32,000 nt of DNA from Pseudodesulfovibrio piezophilus C1TLV30 (GTDB taxonomy: Bacteria; Desulfobacterota; Desulfovibrionia; Desulfovibrionales; Desulfovibrionaceae): NCBI RefSeq assembly GCF_000341895.1, contig NC_020409.1:810001-842000 (forward strand). Direction: 5' to 3'. The notes beneath the pieces are model-generated. The model was given only the letters and a program-made list of their open reading frames with translations. It was not told the DNA's origin and did not search any database. Positions 1-8,156 of this stretch are shown one piece after another. The translations under genes and the position numbers were made by a program. Within the stretch, counting starts at the first letter, position 1. Each line of letters starts with the position of its first letter.

Positions 1-486
1 AAGCCCATTGTTATTTCTCATGTGGAAGTGCTAGACGTGCAAGCGAAGGAAGCTTCGTTCAGAGTCAGTTGTTCCGCCGGTACCTACATACGTTCCCTGG
101 TCCACAGCTTGGGGACACGAATAGGGTGCGGCGCAGTGTTGACTAGCCTGAACCGCGAGCAGAGTGAGCCTTTTGGGCTCGACCATACTCACACCCTCGC
201 AAACGTCCTGGAAAATCCGGAATCTTTTTCGGATAAGGTTATCCCCCTCGGGGAAACCCTGCCTCACTGGCCTCGGTTTCACCTGACAGAACCACTTGCC
301 GGTCTCGTAAAAAACGGGGCTTGGCTTCCTGTCAATGATGAACCAGGTGAATTGCTTGCCGGTGTCCTTGGGGATCGAGCCATGATACTTGACCATCTCG
401 GTTCACCGCTCGCATTGGTAGAGGCAAAGATACAGGACAATATTCTCAAATGGGGAATTCTGCGAGGTTTATGGAGTCAGGGCTGA
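1..486 (+). CDS. truB: tRNA pseudouridine(55) synthase TruB, C-terminal part (5' end lies outside the window)
   Basis: Frame 1 is open from the window edge to TGA 484-486. The translation contains the TruB-type SAGTYIRSL motif and a C-terminal PUA-like region. The conserved truB-rpsO-pnp order supports the call. Confidence 0.9.
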   Translation, partial: KPIVISHVEVLDVQAKEASFRVSCSAGTYIRSLVHSLGTRIGCGAVLTSLNREQSEPFGLDHTHTLANVLENPESFSDKVIPLGETLPHWPRFHLTEPLAGLVKNGAWLPVNDEPGELLAGVLGDRAMILDHLGSPLALVEAKIQDNILKWGILRGLWSQG

Positions 487-548
487 ACCCGCTCCTTGCC
501 ACGATCTGGCTCATTATAAATAAACACTCTAGCTAGGAGGATATCGCT

Positions 549-818
549 GTGGTGATGACTGCTGAAGAAAAACAAAAGATTATTGACGAGTACAAGACCT
601 GTGAAGGTGACACCGGCTCCCCTGAAGTTCAGGTTGCCTTGCTGACCGCACGCATTCTGTACCTGTCCGACCATTTCAAAACCCACAAGAAAGACCATCA
701 TTCTCGTACAGGTCTGCTGAAACTTGTTGGCCAGCGCAGGAAACTGCTTAAATACCTCGCCAACAAGGACGTTCAGCGTTATCGTGACCTTATCGCACGT
801 CTCGGCCTGCGCAAGTAG
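549..818 (+). CDS. rpsO: 30S ribosomal protein S15
   Basis: 89 aa with [17 protein letters not shown]...[16 protein letters not shown]...[13 protein letters not shown], closely matching S15. AGGAGG lies at 535-540. GTG 549 gives the canonical 89-aa length; ATG 555 is an alternative start. Confidence 0.96.
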   Translation: MVMTAEEKQKIIDEYKTCEGDTGSPEVQVALLTARILYLSDHFKTHKKDHHSRTGLLKLVGQRRKLLKYLANKDVQRYRDLIARLGLRK

Positions 819-839
819 TTCTTTTACAATTGAGTTTAC

Positions 840-861
840 GGGGGAGACTGCGGTCTCCCCC
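840..861 (+). promoter_or_regulatory. Perfect 9-bp GC-rich stem-loop in the rpsO-pnp intergenic leader (attenuator or processing site candidate)
   Basis: GGGGGAGAC (840-848), loop TGCG, GTCTCCCCC (853-861). No U-tract follows, so it is not a classical intrinsic terminator. Its position resembles the structured rpsO-pnp leader known in E. coli. Confidence 0.4.
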
Positions 862-1061
862 ACATCGTATCATCACTCCCTGCGGCGGAGCCGTCTTCGG
901 TTTCGTTTATACCTCTTTCGCACAGTTTAGTTGGCTGCGGAAGGCGTTTTTGGCTTATGCCATCAACTGCTCCAAAAGCTCCTCCCCAAGCCGGCTAACC
1001 CATCAGAGGGTCTTACGCAGGAAGTGATCAACCTATTACATTTAATATGTAGGAAATCACT

Positions 1062-3284
1062 ATGACAATGATTCCATTTGATGCCACAAGTGTCACCGCC
1101 AAAGTCGGTGACATCGACATCACAATTGAAACGGGTAAATATGCCCGCCAAGCCAGTGGAGCTGTGACCATCACCTCTGGCAAAACCACTGTTCTGGTCA
1201 CTGCCGTGACCCAACCCCTGGCAATTGATCGCGGCTTTTTTCCGCTGACATGCAATTATCAGGAAATGGCTTATGCCGCTGGTCGCGTGCCGGGCAACTA
1301 CTTCCGCCGAGAAGGTCGCCCTTCTGAACATGAAACTTTAGTTTCCCGTCTCATAGATCGCCCCATTCGCCCTCTTTTCGCTGATGGCTTTGCCGATGAA
1401 GTTCAGATCATCGCCACTGTTCTGTCTGCTGATAAGAGCGTCAACCCCGACGTCCTGGCTTTGACCGGTGCTTCAGCCGCATGCCACATATCCAAAATGC
1501 CTTTCCTCGGCCCCATTGTCGGTGCTCGTGTGGGATACGTGAACAATGAGTTTGTTCTCTACCCCACTTACAAGGGGATTGAAGAAGAATCCACACTGAA
1601 CCTGGTCTTCGCCGCAACACGTGATGCCATGGTCATGGTTGAAGGTGGAGCCAAGTTCGTCAGTGAAGATATCATCGCTGATGCTTTGGCATGGGGCCAT
1701 GAGCAGGTCGCTCCTCTGTTCGATATTCAAGACGAACTGCGCGAGAAAGTTGGCGTTCCCAAAATCGAAGTTGAAACTCCTGCTCAGGATGCTGAACTCG
1801 TCGAATTTCTGGGAGACTTCATCACCGCTGATCTGGAGAAGGCTCTGACTACTCCGGAGAAGATGATCCGCTATGCAGCCAAGGATGCTGCAAAGCAAAA
1901 GGCCAAAGATGCCGTCGCAGATAAATTCCCCGAAGATGAAGCCAAGCTGAAAGCTGTGGGCGATGTCATCGGAAGCATGACCAAAAAAATCGTCCGCAAC
2001 CGCATCGTCAAAGAAGGGTTGCGTATTGACGGTCGTGACACGACCACAGTCCGCCCGCTGTCCATCCAGACCGGCGTCCTGAGTCAGACACACGGTTCCG
2101 TTCTGTTCCGCCGTGGTGAAACCAGCGCACTGGCTGTTGCCACCCTTGGTTCCACGCGCGACGAACAGCGTTATGACTCCCTGCTTGGAGATGCCACCAA
2201 GCGCTTCATGCTGCATTATAACTTCCCGCCATATTGTGTTGGTGAAGCTCGCATGCTTCGCGGCACCTCTCGTCGTGAAGTTGGTCACGGAGCCTTGGCT
2301 GAACGTGCCATCTCCCCAGTTCTGCCCAATGCCGAAGACTTCCCGTTCACCATTCGTGTCGTCTCCGAAATCATGGAATCAAACGGTTCCTCTTCCATGG
2401 CATCAGTATGCGGCGCAACCCTGTCCCTGATGGACGCAGGTGTGCCTATCTCCGAGCCGGTTGCAGGTATCGCCATGGGGCTGTGCAAAGAAGACGACCA
2501 GTACTTTGTCCTCACAGACATCCTCGGTGATGAAGACGCACTCGGCGATATGGACTTCAAAGTCGCAGGAACCCGGGATGGCATCACCGCTATCCAAATG
2601 GACATCAAGATCGCTGGTATCCCCTCAGAAGTCTTGAAAAAGGCACTGTACCAGGCAAAAGAAGCCCGGACACATATCCTGGATCATATGGGTGAAGAGC
2701 TTGCCACACCACGTAAAGAACTCTCTGAGTTGGCTCCGCAAATGGCCGTGGTTCACATTGATCCCGAGAAAATCCGCTCTGTCATCGGACCCGGTGGTAA
2801 AAATATCAAGGCAATCACAGCTGAGACTGAAGCCGATATCGATATCGAAGATTCCGGCAAGATTTCCATCTTTGCCCCGACTCTGGCTTCCATGGAAAAG
2901 GCCAAGGAAATGGTCCTCTACTATGACCAGAAACCAGAGCCTGGCAAGAACTACCTCGGTACTGTTCGAAAAGTTCTGGAAGTCGGAGCACTGGTCGAAA
3001 TTTTACCTGGTCAGGAAGGTATGCTGCATATCTCCCAGCTTGATTTCGAGCGGGTGGAAAGAGTTGAAGACGTTGTTCAACTTGGTCAGGAAGTATGGGT
3101 CAAGTGCATCGCCCTTGAGCCTGGCGGACGTATCCGTCTGTCCCGCAAGGCATGGTTGATGGAAGAAGCCGGACAGGAAGTCAACCTGGATGACTTCAAA
3201 CGTCCAGCTCCTCGTGGCGGAGATCGTAACGATCGTCGTGAGAATAATCGCGGACGCCGCGATAACAACCGCGGGCGCCGTTAA
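1062..3284 (+). CDS. pnp: Polyribonucleotide nucleotidyltransferase (PNPase)
   Basis: 740 aa with two RNase PH-like domains (FPLTCNYQEMAYAAGRVPG, GDEDALGDMDFKVAGT), a KH domain (IGPGGKNIKAI) and an S1 domain, plus an Arg-rich tail. Confidence 0.98.
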   Translation: MTMIPFDATSVTAKVGDIDITIETGKYARQASGAVTITSGKTTVLVTAVTQPLAIDRGFFPLTCNYQEMAYAAGRVPGNYFRREGRPSEHETLVSRLIDRPIRPLFADGFADEVQIIATVLSADKSVNPDVLALTGASAACHISKMPFLGPIVGARVGYVNNEFVLYPTYKGIEEESTLNLVFAATRDAMVMVEGGAKFVSEDIIADALAWGHEQVAPLFDIQDELREKVGVPKIEVETPAQDAELVEFLGDFITADLEKALTTPEKMIRYAAKDAAKQKAKDAVADKFPEDEAKLKAVGDVIGSMTKKIVRNRIVKEGLRIDGRDTTTVRPLSIQTGVLSQTHGSVLFRRGETSALAVATLGSTRDEQRYDSLLGDATKRFMLHYNFPPYCVGEARMLRGTSRREVGHGALAERAISPVLPNAEDFPFTIRVVSEIMESNGSSSMASVCGATLSLMDAGVPISEPVAGIAMGLCKEDDQYFVLTDILGDEDALGDMDFKVAGTRDGITAIQMDIKIAGIPSEVLKKALYQAKEARTHILDHMGEELATPRKELSELAPQMAVVHIDPEKIRSVIGPGGKNIKAITAETEADIDIEDSGKISIFAPTLASMEKAKEMVLYYDQKPEPGKNYLGTVRKVLEVGALVEILPGQEGMLHISQLDFERVERVEDVVQLGQEVWVKCIALEPGGRIRLSRKAWLMEEAGQEVNLDDFKRPAPRGGDRNDRRENNRGRRDNNRGRR

Positions 3285-3305
3285 CCCCAGCCCCTAAGAG
3301 ACCCA

Positions 3306-3345
3306 CGCCCCATTTCGACAAAGTTGAAATGGGGCGTTTCCTTTT
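3306..3345 (+). terminator. Rho-independent terminator of pnp
   Basis: 11-bp stem CGCCCCATTTC (3306-3316) / GAAATGGGGCG (3326-3336), followed by TTTCCTTTT. Confidence 0.8.
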
Positions 3346-3474
3346 CAGTCTCAAATTTAAAATCATTTTTTCAGCCCCCCTCTTGCACACCGCAATTAAA
3401 ACAAGCATTTCATAGCCCCTGCCAATAGACGAAAGCGTTCTCTCATGGTATTTTTCTGTGAAAGGAGGAGTCCT

Positions 3475-3687
3475 ATGGCGGAGGTAGTGATTTATGGTAA
3501 ACCAGCTTGTCCACATACCCAAAAAGCATTGAATGCCTACCCTGAAGCAGAATTCAGGGATGTTCTCGCCTCTTCCCAATTTTTGGAAGAATCATTGCAT
3601 TTTTCAGGTGGTCAGCGGCGAATCCCTGTTATCCTCAAGAACGGTGAACCTTCAATCGGTTTCAATGGCGGCTCATGACATATTTAA
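3475..3687 (+). CDS. Glutaredoxin-like small redox protein, probable selenoprotein of the Uxx-star type (TGA 3676-3678 read as Sec, true stop TAA 3685-3687)
   Basis: AGGAGG lies about 7 nt upstream of ATG 3475. The thioredoxin-fold pattern is VVIYGKPACPHT...RIPVI...GF. The ORF-track stop is a TGA followed by CAT ATT TAA. A SECIS-like hairpin sits downstream. The conventional call would be 3475..3678; the ORF-track start at 3445 has no SD. Confidence 0.6.
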
Positions 3688-3695
3688 AATATCTA

Positions 3696-3713
3696 ATTCG
3701 CTGGGTAGCGAAT
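3696..3713 (+). promoter_or_regulatory. Candidate bacterial SECIS stem-loop
   Basis: 7-bp stem ATTCGCT (3696-3702) / AGCGAAT (3707-3713) with a GGGU apical loop. The stem starts 17 nt after the UGA. It is distinct from the terminator that follows. Confidence 0.45.
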
Positions 3714-3718
3714 AAAAA

Positions 3719-3751
3719 GCGGTCTTTCCCATTCGGAAAGACCGCCTTTTT
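3719..3751. terminator. Bidirectional rho-independent terminator between the convergent glutaredoxin-like and Memo-like genes
   Basis: 11-bp stem GCGGTCTTTCC (3719-3729) / GGAAAGACCGC (3735-3745), flanked by AAAAA upstream and CTTTTT downstream. Confidence 0.8.
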
Positions 3752-3775
3752 AATCCTCAAAATACCGAAAAAGCG

Positions 3776-4582
3776 CTAACTGACGAGTATGCCGGCATAC
3801 CCTACGACTTGTGCCAAATCACCGGTAACATCACCCGATGTTGTATAGCCGACCAATTCTCCTGAGTGAGCTCCTAATACACGAGCCGCAACTAACCCAC
3901 ATGTCATAGGCAGAACACCGCACATGGAAATACGTTTTTCCCGCACTGTGGTAAAAAGGGCGAGCGGGTCTAACTCCACACACGCTTCCAAGGCCATGGA
4001 ATCCATTTCCTGGGCTTTTTCGTGTGAAATATAATGGCTCATATCTGAACTGACAATGATTGATACAGGGCGTTCAAATGCCTGAATGACGTCTCCAATG
4101 GTCCGACCAATCTCCTCCATTGCCTCAAATCGATTGGCGGAAAGAGCGATAGGAACGAACGTTGTATCAGGATTCATATGCTTGAGAAAAGGCAAAACGA
4201 CTTCCAACGAATGCTCTCCGATATGTGCTTCTGTATCCGCTGAAAGCATGGAATTACTTTCTAGCAAAACTGTTGCCAGACTTGTATCAATAGGAACATT
4301 TCCACCAGGAATAGCCCATTCGCCTTCAGGCCACAGGGAAAATTGTTTTCCTCGCCCCGTATGATTCGGGCCAAGAAGCAAGACAGTCGAGGCAAGAGAC
4401 GCAGTCCCTAATGTCTGCCCACAAAGAGCGCCTGAATAAACATATCCGGCGTGAGGTACCATTGCCAGGATTGTCGGTTCTGTTCGTCTGACAGCACCAG
4501 ACAAATAACCGTCCAATACCGTGTTCAATCTTGTTGGATCAGCTTCGTAAAAACGTCCAGCGACAACAGGCTCTCTGTGCAT
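3776..4582 (-). CDS. amrB: AmmeMemoRadiSam system protein B (MEMO1-family protein)
   Basis: 268 aa with VAGRFYEADP, PHAGYVYSG, GPNHTG, GEHSLEVVLPFL and SSDMSHY motifs typical of the Memo family. GGAGGG SD lies upstream. It starts 27 nt after the upstream gene. Confidence 0.88.
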   Translation of the reverse strand: MHREPVVAGRFYEADPTRLNTVLDGYLSGAVRRTEPTILAMVPHAGYVYSGALCGQTLGTASLASTVLLLGPNHTGRGKQFSLWPEGEWAIPGGNVPIDTSLATVLLESNSMLSADTEAHIGEHSLEVVLPFLKHMNPDTTFVPIALSANRFEAMEEIGRTIGDVIQAFERPVSIIVSSDMSHYISHEKAQEMDSMALEACVELDPLALFTTVREKRISMCGVLPMTCGLVAARVLGAHSGELVGYTTSGDVTGDLAQVVGYAGILVS

Positions 4583-4609
4583 GTATCCCTCCGTTTTCCG
4601 GTATTCGAA

Positions 4610-7600
4610 TTATTGAGGGGCAGGTGCGTATTGCTGCACCTGTTGCTCAAGGGCATAAGAATCCAAAGCGGATTGAGCCAACTGCGCCTGAAGTGTCTCT
4701 GGTTTCTTTTCTATAATGTCTTCAAGCAACTGCTTCCATTCGTCAATAGCCCCGGCTTTACGATAAATTCTTGCCAGTTTAAAGCGAGTAGAAGCCCACT
4801 CCGGGTTATCCACATCGATATAATTATCATACTCTTTGGCCCATTTGAGAGCCTCGGAATACCGTCCAGAGCGCTCGGTAGCATAAATGGACATCAAAAC
4901 GGCATCCTTGATCTTCTCTGGATCGCCACTGGTTTGCAACAACAAAGAAAGCGCCTCCTGGGCATAGACAAACACCTTACGAAGGTCCTGACGATCCATT
5001 GCAGCCTTGGCCATGTAGTACATCGCATAGGCGCGGAAGGCAGGAGCCACCTTCATGTCCTTGGCAAGATCAGCCCACATGGCAAGAGCCTTATTCGCTT
5101 CACCAAGATTCTGAAGCGACATGGCGCGGGCATAGTCTAGCTGTCTGAGCTGCGCAGGCTTGAGTTTCCAATTTTTCTTTGCCATGGCGACCAAATCCGC
5201 AATCTCTGACCATGCAAGTTGATCGAGATAGATATTGACAGCAAGTCCCAGAGCTTCTTCTGACAATTCAAGGCGCTGCTTTTGAGTCAAAAACGGCTTG
5301 ATAAGTTCAAGGGCTTTTTCCGGCTGACCGACTTTCCAATAACTTGTTGCAACATTCAACCGTGTTGAGTCATCAACCTTGGTATCTTTCTTTCCGATGA
5401 AGTCATACGTTTCCCAATACCTGACAACCCGACCGTAACGCCCTTCCTCCACCATCCCCGGAACGGCCAAGGCAAAAACTGAATCTCCCAATTTTCTGGC
5501 ACGATCAATCAAAGGACTCGCAGGATATTTATCAATAAAATCCTGCGCCGCAGCCAGTGCTTCTGGATATTTCTTATTAAAGGCATACCACATGGCAAGT
5601 TTCAACTGCGCTATGGGAGCCAGAGGACTCTGAGGATGTTCTTCAACAATCTCTTTGTATATATTCTCCGGCCGCTTATTGTAGGGTCTATCAAAGACCG
5701 TCGCCATTTCAGACATAGCCGGTTCATCATAAATGCCCTCTTCCGCCAAACGCATTTTTGAGACCAACCCACCATCTTTATCCGGGAAATCCTTCACTGC
5801 CTTTTGATAAATCTGCTTGGCGGCGTCCTGCTCCTTCTCCCGAATGTAGATATCACCGATCTGCGCAAGGACAATATCTGCGCCTTCAGCTTCGGGATTC
5901 AGGTTGTAATATGTAAAATAATGATTTTTGGCTTGTTCCCACTTTTTGAGCTTCATTTCGACGCCACCAGCCAAACGCAGGAATTGGGCATTTTCCATGT
6001 AATAATCCGGCCACCGTTTATCGATGTAATCAACAATCTGAAAAGCCTGATCAGTAAAGCCTGTGCGATTAAGTGAGTCTGCCAGATAATAGGCTGCGGG
6101 CTTAACCAATTCGTGTTCAGGATATGTCTGGATTAAATATTGGAACTGATCGGCTGCTTTTTTATAATCACCTTTTTTATAGTAGTATTCACCCCAATAG
6201 TAGCTGATAGATGGAATATTATCATCATCCGGGAATTTATCCTGTAAAATCTTAAAATATGCCTTGGCTTCCGGGAAATTGCCCACCTGCAAATTAAGCA
6301 AGCCGAGATTAAGCAGAGCACGGGGTAATCGAGTTGAACGCAAATTGGAGTTCATTGCTTCAATAAAAGACTGAGAAAGCTCATCATAATGAGCTTCTAC
6401 ATCATCACTGTGGACCTGTTTTTTGATGTCAGCTATGGCATAGAGAGTCTCTTCACGAACATCGTCAGGAACTCCAGGCTGCTTGAGAATATCTTCGAAC
6501 ATGGTCAACGCATTTTCCAATGCACCATTAAACATCATGGATTGAGCTTCGTACAATTTGTCCCTGATGGCCTGCAGACGAGCCTCTTCAGCCAAAGTTG
6601 CGTTGCTCGCCTCCACTCCATCCCGCCCTTGGATATCTTGACCAGAAAGACCTTGGTCTGTTCCATTTTCAACCTTAGCTTGAGGATCAATGGCCTCGAC
6701 AGATTGGTTCTCTGCCGAAGGTAAGGGTCTTCCTTCTTGAAGTGCCATCTGCTGTTGAATTGTCAGATTTTCAGCAGAAGGAGCGACACTTTTACTGGCC
6801 TCAGCAATCTCCTCTTGCGTGGGTTGTGGTGGAGGAGCGCCCTCAACCACTGTCGGGGGCGGAGATACTCGAACACTTTGCCCACCTGAAGGAGGTGCAA
6901 TGGTAACAACCACTCCACCTTCTGGAGATATCTCGGCCCCTTCTATCGGTTGAGCACCCTCATTGACAGCTCGTTTCTGCTGTATATTCCCCGAATTTTC
7001 CACAGGTGGAGCAATGGAAATCCCAACTCGCCCATCCTGATTCGGGGAATCGGGCGGAGGTCCAATATTCATGCTGACCTGCCCATCTCCATCAGTTGCA
7101 ACACGGGGTTGTGCCGGAGGACCCTCTATAACCGCCCTTTCAGAAACATCCGCAGGAGGTGTCACTTCTGGCTCAGGCGAAGCTTCTTGAGACTGAGGTA
7201 AGCGAATCTTAACTTGTACAGGGCCCCCTTCCGGCCTTGCCTGGCTTTGCGATTGTGTTGGATTTGCCGTTGGCAAAGGAATACGCGTCTCGGACGAATC
7301 CACAACAACATCTGGACTGACTCTGTTAACAGCCTGCGAACCGGAGTCTCCTGACTGAGAAGCATTGTTCGGCTGACTTGCTTCAGGCTGGGAAGTTCCA
7401 GGCGGGGACACCTTGGTTCGTACCGAGTAAGGGACCGAAAAAAAAGGCTGGCGTTCCTCTGATTCTGGCGGCAAATCAACTTCGCCCTGAGGCTGAGTAG
7501 GACGAGACTGTGCTGCTTGTTCTCCAGCCCCTGCAACAGGCTGGCTTGAAGGAGAATTCGATGCTAAACTTGATTGTTCCACCTGAATTTCCGGCTGAGA

Positions 7601-8092
7601 TGATGACCTTTGGGGAGACGATTGAGCAGCAATCGAGTCTGAAGACTTGGTCGCTGTATCCGTTCCCTGTTGTGAGGTAGGAGCCTTCCATCGTGCCCCA
7701 TAAGCATCACGATAAACTTGTACAACAAATTCGGATTTTCCTGGAGATGGCACCTTGATAAAACCGAAAGCATTGGTGGATGTCACCAATTCGACGCCAT
7801 TTTGTGTTGCGCGCATGGATTTCACAACCATTCCAGGGAAATCTTTGCTCGATGGCTTGGATTCGGCTTGCCACACTTCTTGTGGTATATTTACCGAGAT
7901 GGCCTCAGGACCGGAACGGCGTACCGAAATATTCGATAAACTATCTGAATCAAAAGAAAAAATAAATTTTTCTACATTTGCAGAGGAAGTAGAATTGACA
8001 CGTAAAGCAGATGCAGGGGATGCATGGAACACCCCGATCAGAAAGGCCAGCAGTATGGGCCAGAGTGGATTATTGGCACTTTTCACAGTCAC
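4610..8092 (-). CDS. Large secreted or periplasmic tetratricopeptide-repeat protein
   Basis: 1160 aa, GTG start with no obvious SD. It has an N-terminal signal-peptide-like segment (LWPILLAFLIGVFHASPASA). A roughly 110-aa beta-rich domain follows, then about 330 aa of Pro/Ser/Gln-rich low complexity. The C-terminal ~650 aa contain many TPR-like helical repeats (e.g. AKAYFKILQDKFPDD, AADQFQYLIQTYPEH). Confidence 0.85.
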   Translation of the reverse strand: MTVKSANNPLWPILLAFLIGVFHASPASALRVNSTSSANVEKFIFSFDSDSLSNISVRRSGPEAISVNIPQEVWQAESKPSSKDFPGMVVKSMRATQNGVELVTSTNAFGFIKVPSPGKSEFVVQVYRDAYGARWKAPTSQQGTDTATKSSDSIAAQSSPQRSSSQPEIQVEQSSLASNSPSSQPVAGAGEQAAQSRPTQPQGEVDLPPESEERQPFFSVPYSVRTKVSPPGTSQPEASQPNNASQSGDSGSQAVNRVSPDVVVDSSETRIPLPTANPTQSQSQARPEGGPVQVKIRLPQSQEASPEPEVTPPADVSERAVIEGPPAQPRVATDGDGQVSMNIGPPPDSPNQDGRVGISIAPPVENSGNIQQKRAVNEGAQPIEGAEISPEGGVVVTIAPPSGGQSVRVSPPPTVVEGAPPPQPTQEEIAEASKSVAPSAENLTIQQQMALQEGRPLPSAENQSVEAIDPQAKVENGTDQGLSGQDIQGRDGVEASNATLAEEARLQAIRDKLYEAQSMMFNGALENALTMFEDILKQPGVPDDVREETLYAIADIKKQVHSDDVEAHYDELSQSFIEAMNSNLRSTRLPRALLNLGLLNLQVGNFPEAKAYFKILQDKFPDDDNIPSISYYWGEYYYKKGDYKKAADQFQYLIQTYPEHELVKPAAYYLADSLNRTGFTDQAFQIVDYIDKRWPDYYMENAQFLRLAGGVEMKLKKWEQAKNHYFTYYNLNPEAEGADIVLAQIGDIYIREKEQDAAKQIYQKAVKDFPDKDGGLVSKMRLAEEGIYDEPAMSEMATVFDRPYNKRPENIYKEIVEEHPQSPLAPIAQLKLAMWYAFNKKYPEALAAAQDFIDKYPASPLIDRARKLGDSVFALAVPGMVEEGRYGRVVRYWETYDFIGKKDTKVDDSTRLNVATSYWKVGQPEKALELIKPFLTQKQRLELSEEALGLAVNIYLDQLAWSEIADLVAMAKKNWKLKPAQLRQLDYARAMSLQNLGEANKALAMWADLAKDMKVAPAFRAYAMYYMAKAAMDRQDLRKVFVYAQEALSLLLQTSGDPEKIKDAVLMSIYATERSGRYSEALKWAKEYDNYIDVDNPEWASTRFKLARIYRKAGAIDEWKQLLEDIIEKKPETLQAQLAQSALDSYALEQQVQQYAPAPQ
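6820..7230 (-). repeat. Degenerate in-frame repeats inside the TPR-protein linker (G-x-V-x-[IV]-x-[IV]-[AG]-P-P units)
   Basis: Translation shows GPVQVKIRLPQ, RAVIEGPPAQP, GQVSMNIGPPP, GRVGISIAPPV, GGVVVTIAPPS and SVRVSPPPT at roughly 20-30-aa intervals. Coordinates are approximate. Confidence 0.4.
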
Positions 8093-8103
8093 ATCGAGCA
8101 GTT

Positions 8104-8121
8104 ATGCAATTGTCGTGCAAT
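8104..8121 (-). promoter_or_regulatory. Sigma-54 promoter-like near match / TGCAAT direct repeat upstream of the TPR gene
   Basis: The minus strand reads ATTGCACGACAATTGCAT, against the consensus TGGCACG-N4-TTGCW. Spacing is correct but the -24 element is TG instead of GG. It lies only about 12 nt from the GTG start. Confidence 0.2.
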
Positions 8122-8156
8122 CGGACACAAATTCAAGCCCGCTATCCTCTGCCTTT

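Noticed and set aside
1473-2288. Long antisense ORFs inside well-supported genes. Examples: 1473..2288(-) in pnp, 4451..5140(+) in the TPR gene, 10723..11286(+) in the oxidoreductase, 17479..18135(-) in gcvPB and 18358..18996(-) in lpd.
   Set aside because: Each lies fully inside a gene with unmistakable homology-type motifs on the other strand. Their translations are low-complexity or Cys/Arg/Ser-rich, and none has an SD. These are typical shadow ORFs.
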